Position numbers and translations under genes: made by a program | Part shown: positions 16,923-26,333 of the stretch, in pieces | How the letters are laid out: every line of letters begins with the position of its first letter | Position numbering within the stretch: position 1 is the stretch's first letter | Source: Cyanobacteria bacterium J06626_4 | Lineage (GTDB): Bacteria > Cyanobacteriota > Cyanobacteriia > Phormidesmidales > Phormidesmidaceae | NCBI GenBank assembly: GCA_038523235.1 | Contig: JBCBJQ010000079.1 | Coordinates: 1 to 27,081 of the forward strand | DNA length: 27,081 nt | Reading direction: 5' to 3' | The notes under the pieces: generated by a model | The model's input: only the letters and a program-made list of their open reading frames with translations | Databases searched by the model: none | What the model was told of the DNA's origin: nothing

Positions 16923-17888
16923 GTGCGATCGCAACTGGATGCTCTCTCCCCCAGCTCAGCCCCCCAACACCATTGGTTCCGTATGCTCTTTCGCTGGCAA
17001 GGGTCAGTGGTGCCCGCCGTGTTGCCCCGCACCCTGCTCTGTGCCGGGTTCGGCCTCTTGATTTCCCTGCTATACCGCTGGGGCCTGCCCGTTTCCTTGC
17101 AGTCCCTCAGCAGCATCGTGCCCAGTATCGTGCTTGGGCTGCTGCTGGTCTTTCGCACCAACACAGCCTATGAGCGGTTTTGGGAAGGGCGCAAACTCTG
17201 GGGCGCGTTGGTCAATACGAGTCGCAATCTGGCCCGGCAGATGTGGGTGGCCGTGCACGAACATGAGGCCCGCGATCACCAGGAAAAAATCCAGCAGTTG
17301 CGCCTGCTCGTAGCCTTTGCTCGCGCCACTAAACAGCAGCTGCGCAGCGCCCCGTTGGTCACGACCGAGATGGCAACACTGGTCACCTCGCCGCAGTTAG
17401 CCAAGCTGCAAACCATGCATCACCCGCCATTAGAGATTGCCTTTTGGCTCGCCGATTATTTGCAGGGGTGCTTTAACCAAGGGCGGCTGAATGCCTATCA
17501 GCTCTCAGCGATGCTCGCGCAGGTCGATGTCATGGTCGATGTTCTAGGCGGCTGTGAGCGCATTGTTAAGACACCGATTCCGTTGGCCTATGCGATTCAT
17601 CTCAAACAGTTGCTGCTGCTCTATTGCTTGGCCTTGCCCTTTCAAATGGTGAGTGCACTGCAGGACTGGACCGCCCTCGCCGTGGGCCTGATCAGCTTCA
17701 CCGTGTTTGGCATTGAGGCCATTGGCATTGAGATCGAAAATCCGTTTGGTTGTGATCCCAACGATTTGCCCCTGGAGGCCATCTGCCAAACCATGCAGCG
17801 CAATATTGAAGACCTGATCACCCTCACCCCAGACAATTGTCACTGGCGCGAAGACGCCACGCCGTCCGTGTCTACGGCTTGCCCCTAG
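16923..17888 (+). CDS. Bestrophin-family (YneE/RFP-TM-like) anion channel
   Basis: LLLVFRTNTAYERFWEGRKLWG, CERIVKTPIPLAY, EAIGIEIENPFG-x-DPNDLPL. In-frame GTG at 16923 follows AGGAGG (16911-16916); ATG 16881 is an alternative start. Confidence 0.9.
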   Translation: MRSQLDALSPSSAPQHHWFRMLFRWQGSVVPAVLPRTLLCAGFGLLISLLYRWGLPVSLQSLSSIVPSIVLGLLLVFRTNTAYERFWEGRKLWGALVNTSRNLARQMWVAVHEHEARDHQEKIQQLRLLVAFARATKQQLRSAPLVTTEMATLVTSPQLAKLQTMHHPPLEIAFWLADYLQGCFNQGRLNAYQLSAMLAQVDVMVDVLGGCERIVKTPIPLAYAIHLKQLLLLYCLALPFQMVSALQDWTALAVGLISFTVFGIEAIGIEIENPFGCDPNDLPLEAICQTMQRNIEDLITLTPDNCHWREDATPSVSTACP

Positions 17889-17974
17889 CGTGGCCCCGTT
17901 GCCAATTTTCCCCACCGGGTCAAGGGCAAGATTGCTGGCATAATGCGAGCAGTTTAGTTGTGCACAGAGCAAAC

Positions 17975-19018
17975 ATGATGACGGGGCGTGACCAATCAAG
18001 CATCGTACCGCCCTTAGTGGCGATCGCGGCCTTCATGATTATTGTGGCGGGTCTCAAAGCGGCTGCAGAGCTGCTCGGCCCGGTGCTATTGTCCCTATTT
18101 ATCGTGCTGGTCACCGCGCCCCTAGTGCAGTGGATGCGGGCCCGCCGAGTGCCTACCTGGTTAGCCAACCTGATCGTGATTTTGGGCGTGATCGCCACAG
18201 GGCTGCTGCTGATTATCTTTTTGATTGCTTCAGTGGCTCAGCTCACCGACTCCATCCCCGCCTATCGCAGCTTGTTAGAAGAGCAGTTCACCCAGACCGA
18301 GCTTTGGCTAGACCGTCACGGGCTAGAAAGTGCGGATATCTTGAATCTGGAAATCCTGCGACCGTCGCGCTTAATTCAGTTTGTGTTGTCGGTGCTCACG
18401 GGGCTGATCGGCACCTTGGGCAATGTCGGCCTAACGCTGTTTATCGTGATCTATATGCTGGTCGGGGCCAGCAGTTTTGCGACCAAGCTCCAACGCAGTT
18501 TAGGAGAGCGCAGCCCCCTATTTAACCGCATGACGGCCTTTAGCCGGAGCGTTAGCCTCTATTTGCTGATCAAAGGCTGGCTGGGGGCCATGGCGGCGAT
18601 CGGCCAAACCCTCTTGCTATTGGCACTGGGCGTCGATTTTGCGGTGCTGTGGGGGGTCGTTTCTTTTTTATTCAACTTCATTCCTAATATTGGCTACATC
18701 ATTGCGCTCATGCCGCCCCTGATTTTGGCCCTGCTAGAGTCTGGCATCGGGGCCGCCCTGGTTGTGTTCATTGGCTATGCCCTCATCAACAATTTCTTTG
18801 ATATGGTGATTGGCCCGCGTTATCTCGGGCAGGGGCTTGATCTGTCGACGTTGGTGACGTTTCTGGCCGTCGTGTTTTGGACGTGGATTCTGGGTCCCAT
18901 CGGGGCTTTTTTGGCCCTGCCGCTCACGGTCATGGTCAAAACCTTGGTATTGGAGTCGTTTCCCGACAGTGCCATGGTGGCTAAGCTGATGGGCGCTGAC
19001 GAGGCTGAGGAAGCCTGA
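17975..19018 (+). CDS. AI-2E family (PerM/YhhT-like) transporter
   Basis: About 8 TM segments with LWGVVSFLFNFIPNIG, IGPRYLGQGLDLS, FWTWILGPIGAFLALPLT; in-frame ATG at 17975 lies just past the bestrophin stop. Confidence 0.92.
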   Translation: MMTGRDQSSIVPPLVAIAAFMIIVAGLKAAAELLGPVLLSLFIVLVTAPLVQWMRARRVPTWLANLIVILGVIATGLLLIIFLIASVAQLTDSIPAYRSLLEEQFTQTELWLDRHGLESADILNLEILRPSRLIQFVLSVLTGLIGTLGNVGLTLFIVIYMLVGASSFATKLQRSLGERSPLFNRMTAFSRSVSLYLLIKGWLGAMAAIGQTLLLLALGVDFAVLWGVVSFLFNFIPNIGYIIALMPPLILALLESGIGAALVVFIGYALINNFFDMVIGPRYLGQGLDLSTLVTFLAVVFWTWILGPIGAFLALPLTVMVKTLVLESFPDSAMVAKLMGADEAEEA

Positions 19019-19165
19019 CATGAGCCCCCTGCCCGACTCAGAAATCGGATATTGCCAGTGGTGGGGAGCCATCGCCCAGACATCGGCCCGCGAAAATCGG
19101 CCACCCTGACTTCATTGAGATAAACTGGCCCAATTAGTGACTTTAGTGATCGTCGGGTGAGTTAT

Positions 19166-19199
19166 TGCCGGATTTGACTTACCCAAGCCAAATCCGGCA
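19166..19199. other. 15-bp stem-loop (1 mismatch, 4-nt loop) between the AI-2E gene and sepJ; possible terminator or processing hairpin
   Basis: tgccggatttgactt-accc-aagccaaatccggca; no clear poly-T tail on the + strand. Confidence 0.55.
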
Positions 19200-19464
19200 G
19201 TGCGTTGGGTAACTGCGACAACCAAGCTGATCGCCTGGTTAAATGAGAATGCTCTCCTCAGATGAGGCTGTTTGCACCAGCAATAAACACGCAGCCAGGT
19301 TTTTGGGGAAACATCTTCAAACCTTCACATGCTCTTTTTTTCGTAACTAAATGAGATCTTTTCAAAGATTTTGAGCACAATAACATCATCACAAAAAACA
19401 ATCACGCCTGCTACGTGACTATCTACATCAAGGCGATCGTGCCAGATTAGGGGCAACTATATCC

Positions 19465-21312
19465 ATGGGCCAGTTGGACAAGACACCGCACACCCCTCCA
19501 AATGAGGAAAAAGCAGCCCGTGAGGTGCTGCGAAATCTTTCTCAAGATCTGAGAGCACTGCAAAGCGATCTCTCCGGTCAGCTGACCCAGGACATCAATC
19601 GCCTCCAGGGCACGAAGCATCGTCTGCTCAACGATATTGAAATCTTAGAAGAAGAATATCAGTCACTCAAAAGCAACTACGCTGAACTGCAGACCCAACA
19701 AACCGCTGAACTCAGTCGTCAGCAGCTAGCACAGCAGCAGTTATGGGCAAAAAAGCTGGCGCAAGCTTTGGCGGGCCACCTGCAAAATCGCCTCACCGAA
19801 GATCTGTACAGTGGGGCAGCGGTGCCTGGCACCGCGCCTAGCGGCTCTTTGCACAATGCTTACCAACTGCTCTCTTCGCTCGACTCTAGTCTGAACGATA
19901 CTTTGCACTCGCTCCAGCAAGATCTCAACAGCTACCAAAGCTCGCTTTCACAGCAAATCAGCCGCATGCACAGCATGGAGCAGCAAGGCGAAGCCATCTT
20001 AGATGCGTTGGTCAATCGCCTGAGCATTCAGTTGCAGACTCAGATTGTGCGGCCGCAAGCGGTGGCGGCGGCGACCAATGGCCATAGCAACGGCAGCACT
20101 GCAACTCCACTGTATGGGGCTCAACAGGTGCCCTTATATCCTCAGTCGAACTCAGCGTATGCGGTGCCGACAGCGCCCTATCAGCCAGGGGCGATCGCGG
20201 GTGAGGCGCAGCCAGCCCCAGCGGGGCCGCCAGGCCATCGAGCTGAACCAGCGCCATCATCAGGGGCGGCGAAGCGCCACCCCATCAGTGCAGCCAGTGC
20301 CTTTCAGAAAGGGCTGACTTTCATCATTCTGTCGACCCTAGCCTTGTCCTTTCACAACGTTTTGGTTGGCATTATTGGGTACGGGGGCCAAATCTTTGGC
20401 CAGATACCGGTGGCGGCAGTTTTTCCCCTCAATATTCCGAACTCATTGCTGTTGCTCTGGCTGAGAATGCTGGTAGTCTTGCCGCTGATGGTGGTAGTGG
20501 CGGGCAAGATATATCCCAAAGTTTGGGCTGATATTCGCAAGTTTTTAGGCGCTCGCGATAAGCGACCGCTGTTTCAAGTGATTGCCAGTGGCTGCTTTCT
20601 GTTTATGTCGCAGGTGCTGATCTACAAAGCGATCTCCGACATTGGCCCCGGAGTTGCCGTCACGCTGTTGTTTATGTATCCGCTGATTACGGTGCCGTTG
20701 GCCTGGTTTTTATTCGGCGATCGCCCCACCCCCCTGCGGGGCTTAGTCATGTTTGCGATCACCATTGGCATTGTGTTTACCGCATTACCGCGCATCAACA
20801 CTGACCTAGCCTCAGGGGCCGTTTCGCCTTGGGGCGTCTTTGCCGGGCTGCTCTCAAGTATCGCTTTCGCCCTGTATCTCGTCTCCATGCAGTTGAGCTT
20901 TCGGAAGCTGCATCCAGTGCCGGTGAGCTTGGTGCAGTTCACCACCATTTTTGTGCTCACCAGCTTAATCTTGATCGGCGGCTTTTTCTTGGGGTTGGAA
21001 ACCGGCGAACCCAGCAGTGATTGGGGGCTACTGTTGGCGGGGGTGTTTTTAGGGGGGTTAACCCTGTTGGGGTATCTGTTCAACAATTATGGTGTCCGGC
21101 TTATGGGGGCTGGTCAGGCCTCTATCGTGGCCTCTAGCGGCCCGGTTTTGACGGCAATTTTGGCTTACCTCATCACCCCCGGCGACAAATCCACCCTGCA
21201 GTTTATTCAGTGGATTGGGGTCTTCTTAGTGACGTTAGGGGTGCTGGCTCTGAGCCTAGAGCGCCTGAGCAAAAAGCCCAAGTCGGCCCCTAAACCGATT
21301 AAAACTTCCTAG
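19465..21312 (+). CDS. sepJ: Septal junction protein SepJ/FraG (coiled coil, Pro/Ala-rich linker, EamA/DME permease)
   Basis: N-terminal coiled coil (LRALQSDL...QQQLWAKKLAQALA...LQQDLNSYQSSLSQQISRMHSMEQQGEAILDALVNRL), P/A/Q-rich linker and about 10-TM EamA-type domain. This three-part architecture is characteristic of SepJ. Confidence 0.88.
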   Translation: MGQLDKTPHTPPNEEKAAREVLRNLSQDLRALQSDLSGQLTQDINRLQGTKHRLLNDIEILEEEYQSLKSNYAELQTQQTAELSRQQLAQQQLWAKKLAQALAGHLQNRLTEDLYSGAAVPGTAPSGSLHNAYQLLSSLDSSLNDTLHSLQQDLNSYQSSLSQQISRMHSMEQQGEAILDALVNRLSIQLQTQIVRPQAVAAATNGHSNGSTATPLYGAQQVPLYPQSNSAYAVPTAPYQPGAIAGEAQPAPAGPPGHRAEPAPSSGAAKRHPISAASAFQKGLTFIILSTLALSFHNVLVGIIGYGGQIFGQIPVAAVFPLNIPNSLLLLWLRMLVVLPLMVVVAGKIYPKVWADIRKFLGARDKRPLFQVIASGCFLFMSQVLIYKAISDIGPGVAVTLLFMYPLITVPLAWFLFGDRPTPLRGLVMFAITIGIVFTALPRINTDLASGAVSPWGVFAGLLSSIAFALYLVSMQLSFRKLHPVPVSLVQFTTIFVLTSLILIGGFFLGLETGEPSSDWGLLLAGVFLGGLTLLGYLFNNYGVRLMGAGQASIVASSGPVLTAILAYLITPGDKSTLQFIQWIGVFLVTLGVLALSLERLSKKPKSAPKPIKTS

Positions 21313-21496
21313 CCAACTGGCTCCCTTAAGCGTTTCACATCTTCTCAGCGATCGCCCCCGACCCGATCACTCGCAACCCGCTAAAGGACGAAGCAGCCGG
21401 TTCATCTTTGGTCAGGCCGACCGTCAAATTATCTGCGGGTATTGGGCGACAGCTAGCTTTGCCGAATTGCTAATGCTATGCTCCAAAGCAAATCAA

Positions 21497-21680
21497 GCTA
21501 AACCCCATCCAGGTTCAGAAGTGGAGTTTTGGTATCTCACTCAACCTCACCGCCTGCGGCACCTCTCCTTCTCAAGGAGAGGTTAAGTGGCAGTCTGGTC
21601 CCTCTCCTTGAGAAGGAGAGGTTAGGTGAGGTTTTGATGAGCTAGTATAACTCCAGTTTTCAACTTAGACGTGGTTTAGC
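21497..21680. repeat. 184-bp nested palindromic REP/MITE-like element
   Basis: Terminal arms match at 25/32 positions (gctaaacc...ggagtt / aactcc...ggtttagc). Inner aacctcacc pairs with ggtgaggtt. Two hairpins, acctctcctt-ctc-aaggagaggt (21561-21583) and cctctcctt-gag-aaggagagg (21601-21621), are reverse complements of each other. Confidence 0.85.
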
Positions 21681-22293
21681 AACTCTGATTCCTTCATGCC
21701 CCCGGCTTTCTAAAGCTGTTGGCGGCGGCTTTGTCGGATTGCAAAACCAAACGACCCTAGCGCCTAGTCTTGATGATGCTGACTACTTTGCTGAGGACAG
21801 CAAGAATCACTCTGAGCCTTAGCACATCAAGCAAAATGACTCCGCAGTTTTGTCCTAACCAGGTTGACAACTGCTATATTACTCCGCTCGCTCATCTTCT
21901 CAGCCATCAGCTTAGTTGGCTTGATGCTGCTGACTTGGCAACCCTTCAAAAAATGTTAGAGGATTTAAATCCAACTGCCATCGATACCGGTAATCAGTAA
22001 TAGAGTGAGCAATGCGACGGCGATTTTGCCCTTGCCAGATGTTAATCACGCAAAAGCGTTTTTATTCACTGCTGGCTGCCATTCAAAAGCGCTGCTTTTA
22101 CTGCCCCAAAGCAGTGCTAAAACTCTCGCCTGAGCTGTCAGTCATGGCTGCAGTGACGGTTTTGTCCACAGGGCATTTTTACAAACACACAGATAGTGCT
22201 GATGACTGCAATGAATCCCTAATTTGGGGTTGGCGGTGCGCGCCCTTTGAGGGAAACAACGTCGCTGCCGAGACCGGCGTCACGGTCTAACGA

Positions 22294-22489
22294 TAATACC
22301 GATTAGACCGCGATCACGTTAAGTCACGACAGTCGTTACTGTCTCGGCTTAACCATTGACCTATCTCGTTGTCCTTCGCTGCAGCCAGGCGCTTGAGTGC
22401 AGGACTGAAGGCCAGGTGGAGAGTAGAAGCCAGAAGGTAGAGATTACCAGGAGGATGTATGTAGCTATAATTTGCGGAAATTGGTATTA
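22294..22489. repeat. REP/MITE-like element related to 7759-7878
   Basis: Termini taataccgatt / aattggtatta (10/11 inverted match). Reverse complement of the right end, gtaataccaatttccgcaaattatagctacatacatcc, resembles gtaataccaattcgctgaatttagactacacatcc at 7758. Confidence 0.55.
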
Positions 22490-22728
22490 CCGATCGCCCC
22501 CTACAGGCTAGCCTCATCGGCTTGTTAGGTGTTTAACCAGCATGGCTGACGATTCTTTAACTCAGGCGATCGCGGCCCCTTTTCACCTAACCCTTGCTTC
22601 CCAGCCCCCCGGCAGCAGACAATAGTGCGGCAACTCATGCCGAATTTACCAGCCTTGGCCTGGCCTCAGCTCATTTTCATCGGTTAATGTTTTGCTTCTA
22701 AACAGCCCCAGAAGCGCCCCCTTTTAGC

Positions 22729-23292
22729 ATGGCTTTGATGTCTCCTAATGCCTCCGATATTGAGCTGATTGAAAGCTTAAGGTCAGGCAACCCAGATGCC
22801 CTCGCTGGGATCTACGATCGCTACGGAAGCTTGGTGTACACCATTGCCCTAAAGATTCTTAAATATCCTGCTGAAGCCGAAGACCTGACCCAAGAAATCT
22901 TCCTCAATTTGCCGGACAAAGAAAAGTTCGACCCGCAGCGGGCCGCCCTCAGTACCTATCTGAGTGTGCTGGCGCGATCGCGGGCCTTAAACCGTCTCTC
23001 TAGTCACGGTAGCCAGCAGCGATCTCTGCAAAAATTAAAGCGGCTTTTGCCTGATCGCTCCCATGTCACACCGTTAGAACAAGCCTCGCAAGCAGAACGA
23101 AAAACCACGCTGCAACAGGCGTTGGCCACCTTACCCGATCAACATCGAACAATTTTAGAGATGAACTTTTTTCAGGGGCTTAGTCATGCAGAAATTGCCC
23201 AGCAGTTAAACATTCCACTTGGTACCGTGAAAAGTAAAGCACGCAAAGGCCTAATGGATCTTCGCCAACACTTGGGGGAAGCGGTTCAATGA
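22729..23292 (+). CDS. ECF sigma-70 factor (SigK-like)
   Basis: Region 2 IYDRYGSLVYTIA...AEDLTQEIF...YLSVLARSRALNRL; region 4 ALATLP...GLSHAEIAQQLNIPLGTVKS. Confidence 0.95.
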   Translation: MALMSPNASDIELIESLRSGNPDALAGIYDRYGSLVYTIALKILKYPAEAEDLTQEIFLNLPDKEKFDPQRAALSTYLSVLARSRALNRLSSHGSQQRSLQKLKRLLPDRSHVTPLEQASQAERKTTLQQALATLPDQHRTILEMNFFQGLSHAEIAQQLNIPLGTVKSKARKGLMDLRQHLGEAVQ

Positions 23293-24041
23293 ATAACAAT
23301 CAGCTCAAACCACTGTCAGAAGAAGAGGAACAGCTCGCAGCAGGCTATGTGCTGGGCGATTTAACCGATGCCGAGGTGACGCGGCTCGAACAGCTCTTAG
23401 TGGATAACCCGGCGCTACAGCAAGAGATTCAGGCCGTGCAAACCAGCCTGGATCTCTTTTCCCAAGCCCTCCCCACAGTGCCAGCTCCCGCGAGCCTCCG
23501 GGCCAAAATTGTGGATGCGTCGGCGATCACTCCGGCGATCGCCCCACCATCATCGCGACGATCAGGCGCTTTGCTCAAGGGATTAGCCGGGTTAGGGGCG
23601 ATCGCCCTGCTACTGCTCGGAGCCGATAACTGGCGCTTACGCTACCAGCTCGGGCTGGCCCAGCAAGTGAGTCCTGACCGCGTTGCGGCGATTTTACAGC
23701 AGCCCAACAGTCGTCTGATTGCCCTCACAGCGAATGACTCAGCTGCGGCTGGCACCCTCCTGTTCACCCCGGGTCGTTGGCAAGAGGTGATCGTGTCATT
23801 CGGCGATTTGCCCCCCCTACCGCCTGACCAGGTTTATCGCATGTGGCTCGCCTTAGAAAATGGGGAAATCATTTACTGTGGCGAGTTCAATACGGAATCG
23901 GATGGCTCGGTTTTTGTCCGCTTCACGCCGCCGGAAACGCCGCCCCAAGGCGTGAAGGCAACCGAACTTTTTGTCACCATTGACGCCAGCGCCGATGCCC
24001 CCGACCCGGCAGGTGCCCGGGTGATGGAAGGCACGATTTAG
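23289..24041 (+). CDS. Anti-sigma factor, RskA-like
   Basis: ATGA overlap with the sigma gene; N-terminal LAAGYVLGDL...PAPASLRAKI; one TM; C-terminal LPPLPPDQVYRMW...VTID...P-x-G. Confidence 0.9.
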   Translation: MNNNQLKPLSEEEEQLAAGYVLGDLTDAEVTRLEQLLVDNPALQQEIQAVQTSLDLFSQALPTVPAPASLRAKIVDASAITPAIAPPSSRRSGALLKGLAGLGAIALLLLGADNWRLRYQLGLAQQVSPDRVAAILQQPNSRLIALTANDSAAAGTLLFTPGRWQEVIVSFGDLPPLPPDQVYRMWLALENGEIIYCGEFNTESDGSVFVRFTPPETPPQGVKATELFVTIDASADAPDPAGARVMEGTI

Positions 24042-24508
24042 CAGGCACTTTTATTGCGGCAATTCTGGTTGGCGGCGGCGGCGAGTCCTTCACAGTGAGC
24101 ATCGGTTCATTCGCCGACTTTCCTGAGGGTCGTGAGCTAGTTGGATGCTGACTAGTTGAGCGGCTTGTCTAGACGATGCTAAGCTCAGCCTTTTGACCAG
24201 AAGCCAGACATCGCTGATCAGCAGCGGTTGGGCGGCCGAATGCCATCAGTTGTTTGCACGAGTCCCAGCACTGCGAGTGCGCCGAGGCTTGCCAGTGGGG
24301 CGAGGTTGGAAAGGTGTTTTGTGACGATTGCGACGCTTGGCGCGAGGCGAGATCGTGCTTTGGCGATAGATGCTCGACATCATCATTCCTCAAAAATATT
24401 CGCTTAATGAGGAATTCACGGAGCAGCCCAGCCCTTCCGGAAAAGAGAGATGAATCGCGGCGGGAAGGATGATTTTGTGTTTGGTCACCGTTGTCGAGTG
24501 GGCCAGGA

Positions 24509-24880
24509 CTAAGCTGAGGTCTCTGTCGCTTGGGCGCTGACCCAATCGATTTTTTCTTGAAGATAGGCTTTGGTTTGCTGCAGCGCCGCCACCTGTTCGT
24601 CAATGAGCGTGATTTTGTGCTGCAGCAAGCTGACCTTCTCCGGGATGCTGAGGCGATCGCTTTCCCAAGCGGTGATTTCCTGCTGAATTTCGGCCAGCGT
24701 AAACCCTAAGCGCTTGCCCTGCCGAATGAGTCGCAAACGAGTGACGGCAGTCTCGCGATAGTCACGATAGTTGTTGCCTTGTCGCTGCACATGGGTGTGA
24801 TCTAGCAGACCGCGCTTTTCGTAAAACCGAATAGTATCGACTGACAGACCGGTGATTTCGGCCAGTTCGCGAATTTTCAT
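24509..24880 (-). CDS. MerR-family transcriptional regulator (no cysteines)
   Basis: MKIRELAEITGLSVDTIRFYEKRGLL...NYRDY...LGFTLAEI followed by a coiled coil. Confidence 0.95.
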   Translation of the reverse strand: MKIRELAEITGLSVDTIRFYEKRGLLDHTHVQRQGNNYRDYRETAVTRLRLIRQGKRLGFTLAEIQQEITAWESDRLSIPEKVSLLQHKITLIDEQVAALQQTKAYLQEKIDWVSAQATETSA

Positions 24881-24891
24881 GCCTTACCCCC

Positions 24892-24923
24892 TTGACCCTG
24901 GAGCATGGTCTAAGGTCTATCTT
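24892..24923 (+). promoter_or_regulatory. MerR-type promoter/operator driving the beta-propeller gene
   Basis: -35 TTGACC (24892-24897), 20-bp spacer, -10 TATCTT (24918-24923); overlapping dyad gaccctggagca|tggtctaaggtc (24894-24917, 9/12 symmetric). A long spacer with a dyad is the classic MerR arrangement. Confidence 0.75.
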
Positions 24924-24953
24924 GGCGCATAGCTGAGCTGTTAAACAAACACG

Positions 24954-26333
24954 ATGAAGCTGTTCGCAAAAAAAGGCTGGAAACGTCTGGTAGTAGGACT
25001 TATCGGCCTACTTGTGGCGATTGTGGGCTATGGTCTGCTGCAGTTGGTTGAGCCGGTGCCGCTCCAAAGTCCCCCAGCGACCACCGAACCGCCGACATTT
25101 GCCGGGAGATCGCTATTGGTGGCGTCAGATGCTGACATGGTCGCCACCGCCTATGCCGACGCCAAACTGGACCGCGTTCCTGGTATCTTCGATACGCTCT
25201 CGGTGATTCCCCTGCCGCTAGCAGCCGAGAATCCTCAGGTTGCCGCCATCCCAGTTTCTAATTCGGTGATGTCGTGGCCGCAAGTCATCGCCGTTGCTCC
25301 CGATGGCCAGCGCGCCTATGTGGTGGAGGTGCGATCGCCGCCCCCAGCCGGGGTGCAAGCTTTAGATGACATTGACGATATGCCCGCTGGTCAAACCCTG
25401 ACGGTGATCGACCTCTCTGATCCCGCGCAGCCGAGACGACTCGAAGAAATTGCCGTTGGGCGCAACCCAGAGCACATTAGCATCAGCCCCGATGGCCGCT
25501 TCTTGGCCGTTAATTTAGAAGAACCCGGGCGAGAACTGCTGATTATTCAGCTCCTGGCGGATGGTCGGCTCGGGCAGCGCACCTACCTGGCTATTACCGA
25601 AGGACCAGAGGGTGAACCGGGTAATCGAGCGGCGGTTTGGCATCCGTCTGGGCAGTTTTTGGCCATGACTCAAGGCAGCGATCGCGACGTGGCTTTCTAC
25701 GCGATTCAGATGAATGATGACGGCATCATTGATCTGCAGCCCTACGGTGAGTCGTTGCGCGTGGGCAATCACCTGAGCAATGGTCGCTTTACCGCCGATG
25801 GTCAGTTTTTCTTAGTGCCCGATCTAAAATGGAACACCCAGTTCCTCCGCCTGCTCAATTTCCTTCTCAATCCGGCGGGGGAGATGATCGCGATTCGCTT
25901 TGACGAGACGGGACAACAGCATGAGGTGGTGTCTAAAACCACGGTGGGAGTTAGCCCCGAAGGCTTTGACTTGAGTCCAGACAACCGCTTGATTGCCACG
26001 GTGAATATGCGTCGTACCTATCTGGCCGCGTTTCCACCAGCCTGGCGCGGCAAGCCCCACAGCTCTCTGTCACTGGTACAGTTTGACCCCACTACGGGAC
26101 AGCTGACAACGCTAGGAGAATATGGGTTTGCCGGTCTGCTGCCCGAGCAAGCAGTGTTTGATGCCAGCGGCACGGCTTTGGCCGTCGTGATTTATAACTA
26201 TCGAGAAAATCAACCCCGCAACGGTGCCGTTGAGTTCTGGCAAGTGATTGCTAGCGAGCCGCCACAGCTCCAGCGATCGGGCTGGCAAATTCCAGTAGTT
26301 CGAGGGGCGCATGATATTCGTCTGGTGTCATGA
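24954..26333 (+). CDS. Membrane-anchored or exported beta-propeller protein (lactonase/YVTN-like)
   Basis: Basic N-terminus plus hydrophobic helix; repeated blades VAPDGQRAYV, VGRNPEHISISPDGRFLAV, WHPSGQFLA, FTADGQF, VGVSPEGFDLSPDNRLIA, FDASGTALAV. Confidence 0.85.
   Translation: MKLFAKKGWKRLVVGLIGLLVAIVGYGLLQLVEPVPLQSPPATTEPPTFAGRSLLVASDADMVATAYADAKLDRVPGIFDTLSVIPLPLAAENPQVAAIPVSNSVMSWPQVIAVAPDGQRAYVVEVRSPPPAGVQALDDIDDMPAGQTLTVIDLSDPAQPRRLEEIAVGRNPEHISISPDGRFLAVNLEEPGRELLIIQLLADGRLGQRTYLAITEGPEGEPGNRAAVWHPSGQFLAMTQGSDRDVAFYAIQMNDDGIIDLQPYGESLRVGNHLSNGRFTADGQFFLVPDLKWNTQFLRLLNFLLNPAGEMIAIRFDETGQQHEVVSKTTVGVSPEGFDLSPDNRLIATVNMRRTYLAAFPPAWRGKPHSSLSLVQFDPTTGQLTTLGEYGFAGLLPEQAVFDASGTALAVVIYNYRENQPRNGAVEFWQVIASEPPQLQRSGWQIPVVRGAHDIRLVS

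Noticed and set aside
17837..17974. Extended N-terminus of the AI-2E ORF
   Set aside because: Overlaps the bestrophin 3' end and does not resemble the family; ATG 17975 is preferred.
22340..22435. Known structured RNA (6S, SRP, riboswitch)
   Set aside because: Some stems are present, but I recognised no diagnostic motif; it is better explained as the interior of the repeat element. An Rfam scan would decide.
24169..24603. 144-aa minus-strand ORF
   Set aside because: Overlaps the merR 3' end in another frame and shows no motif.
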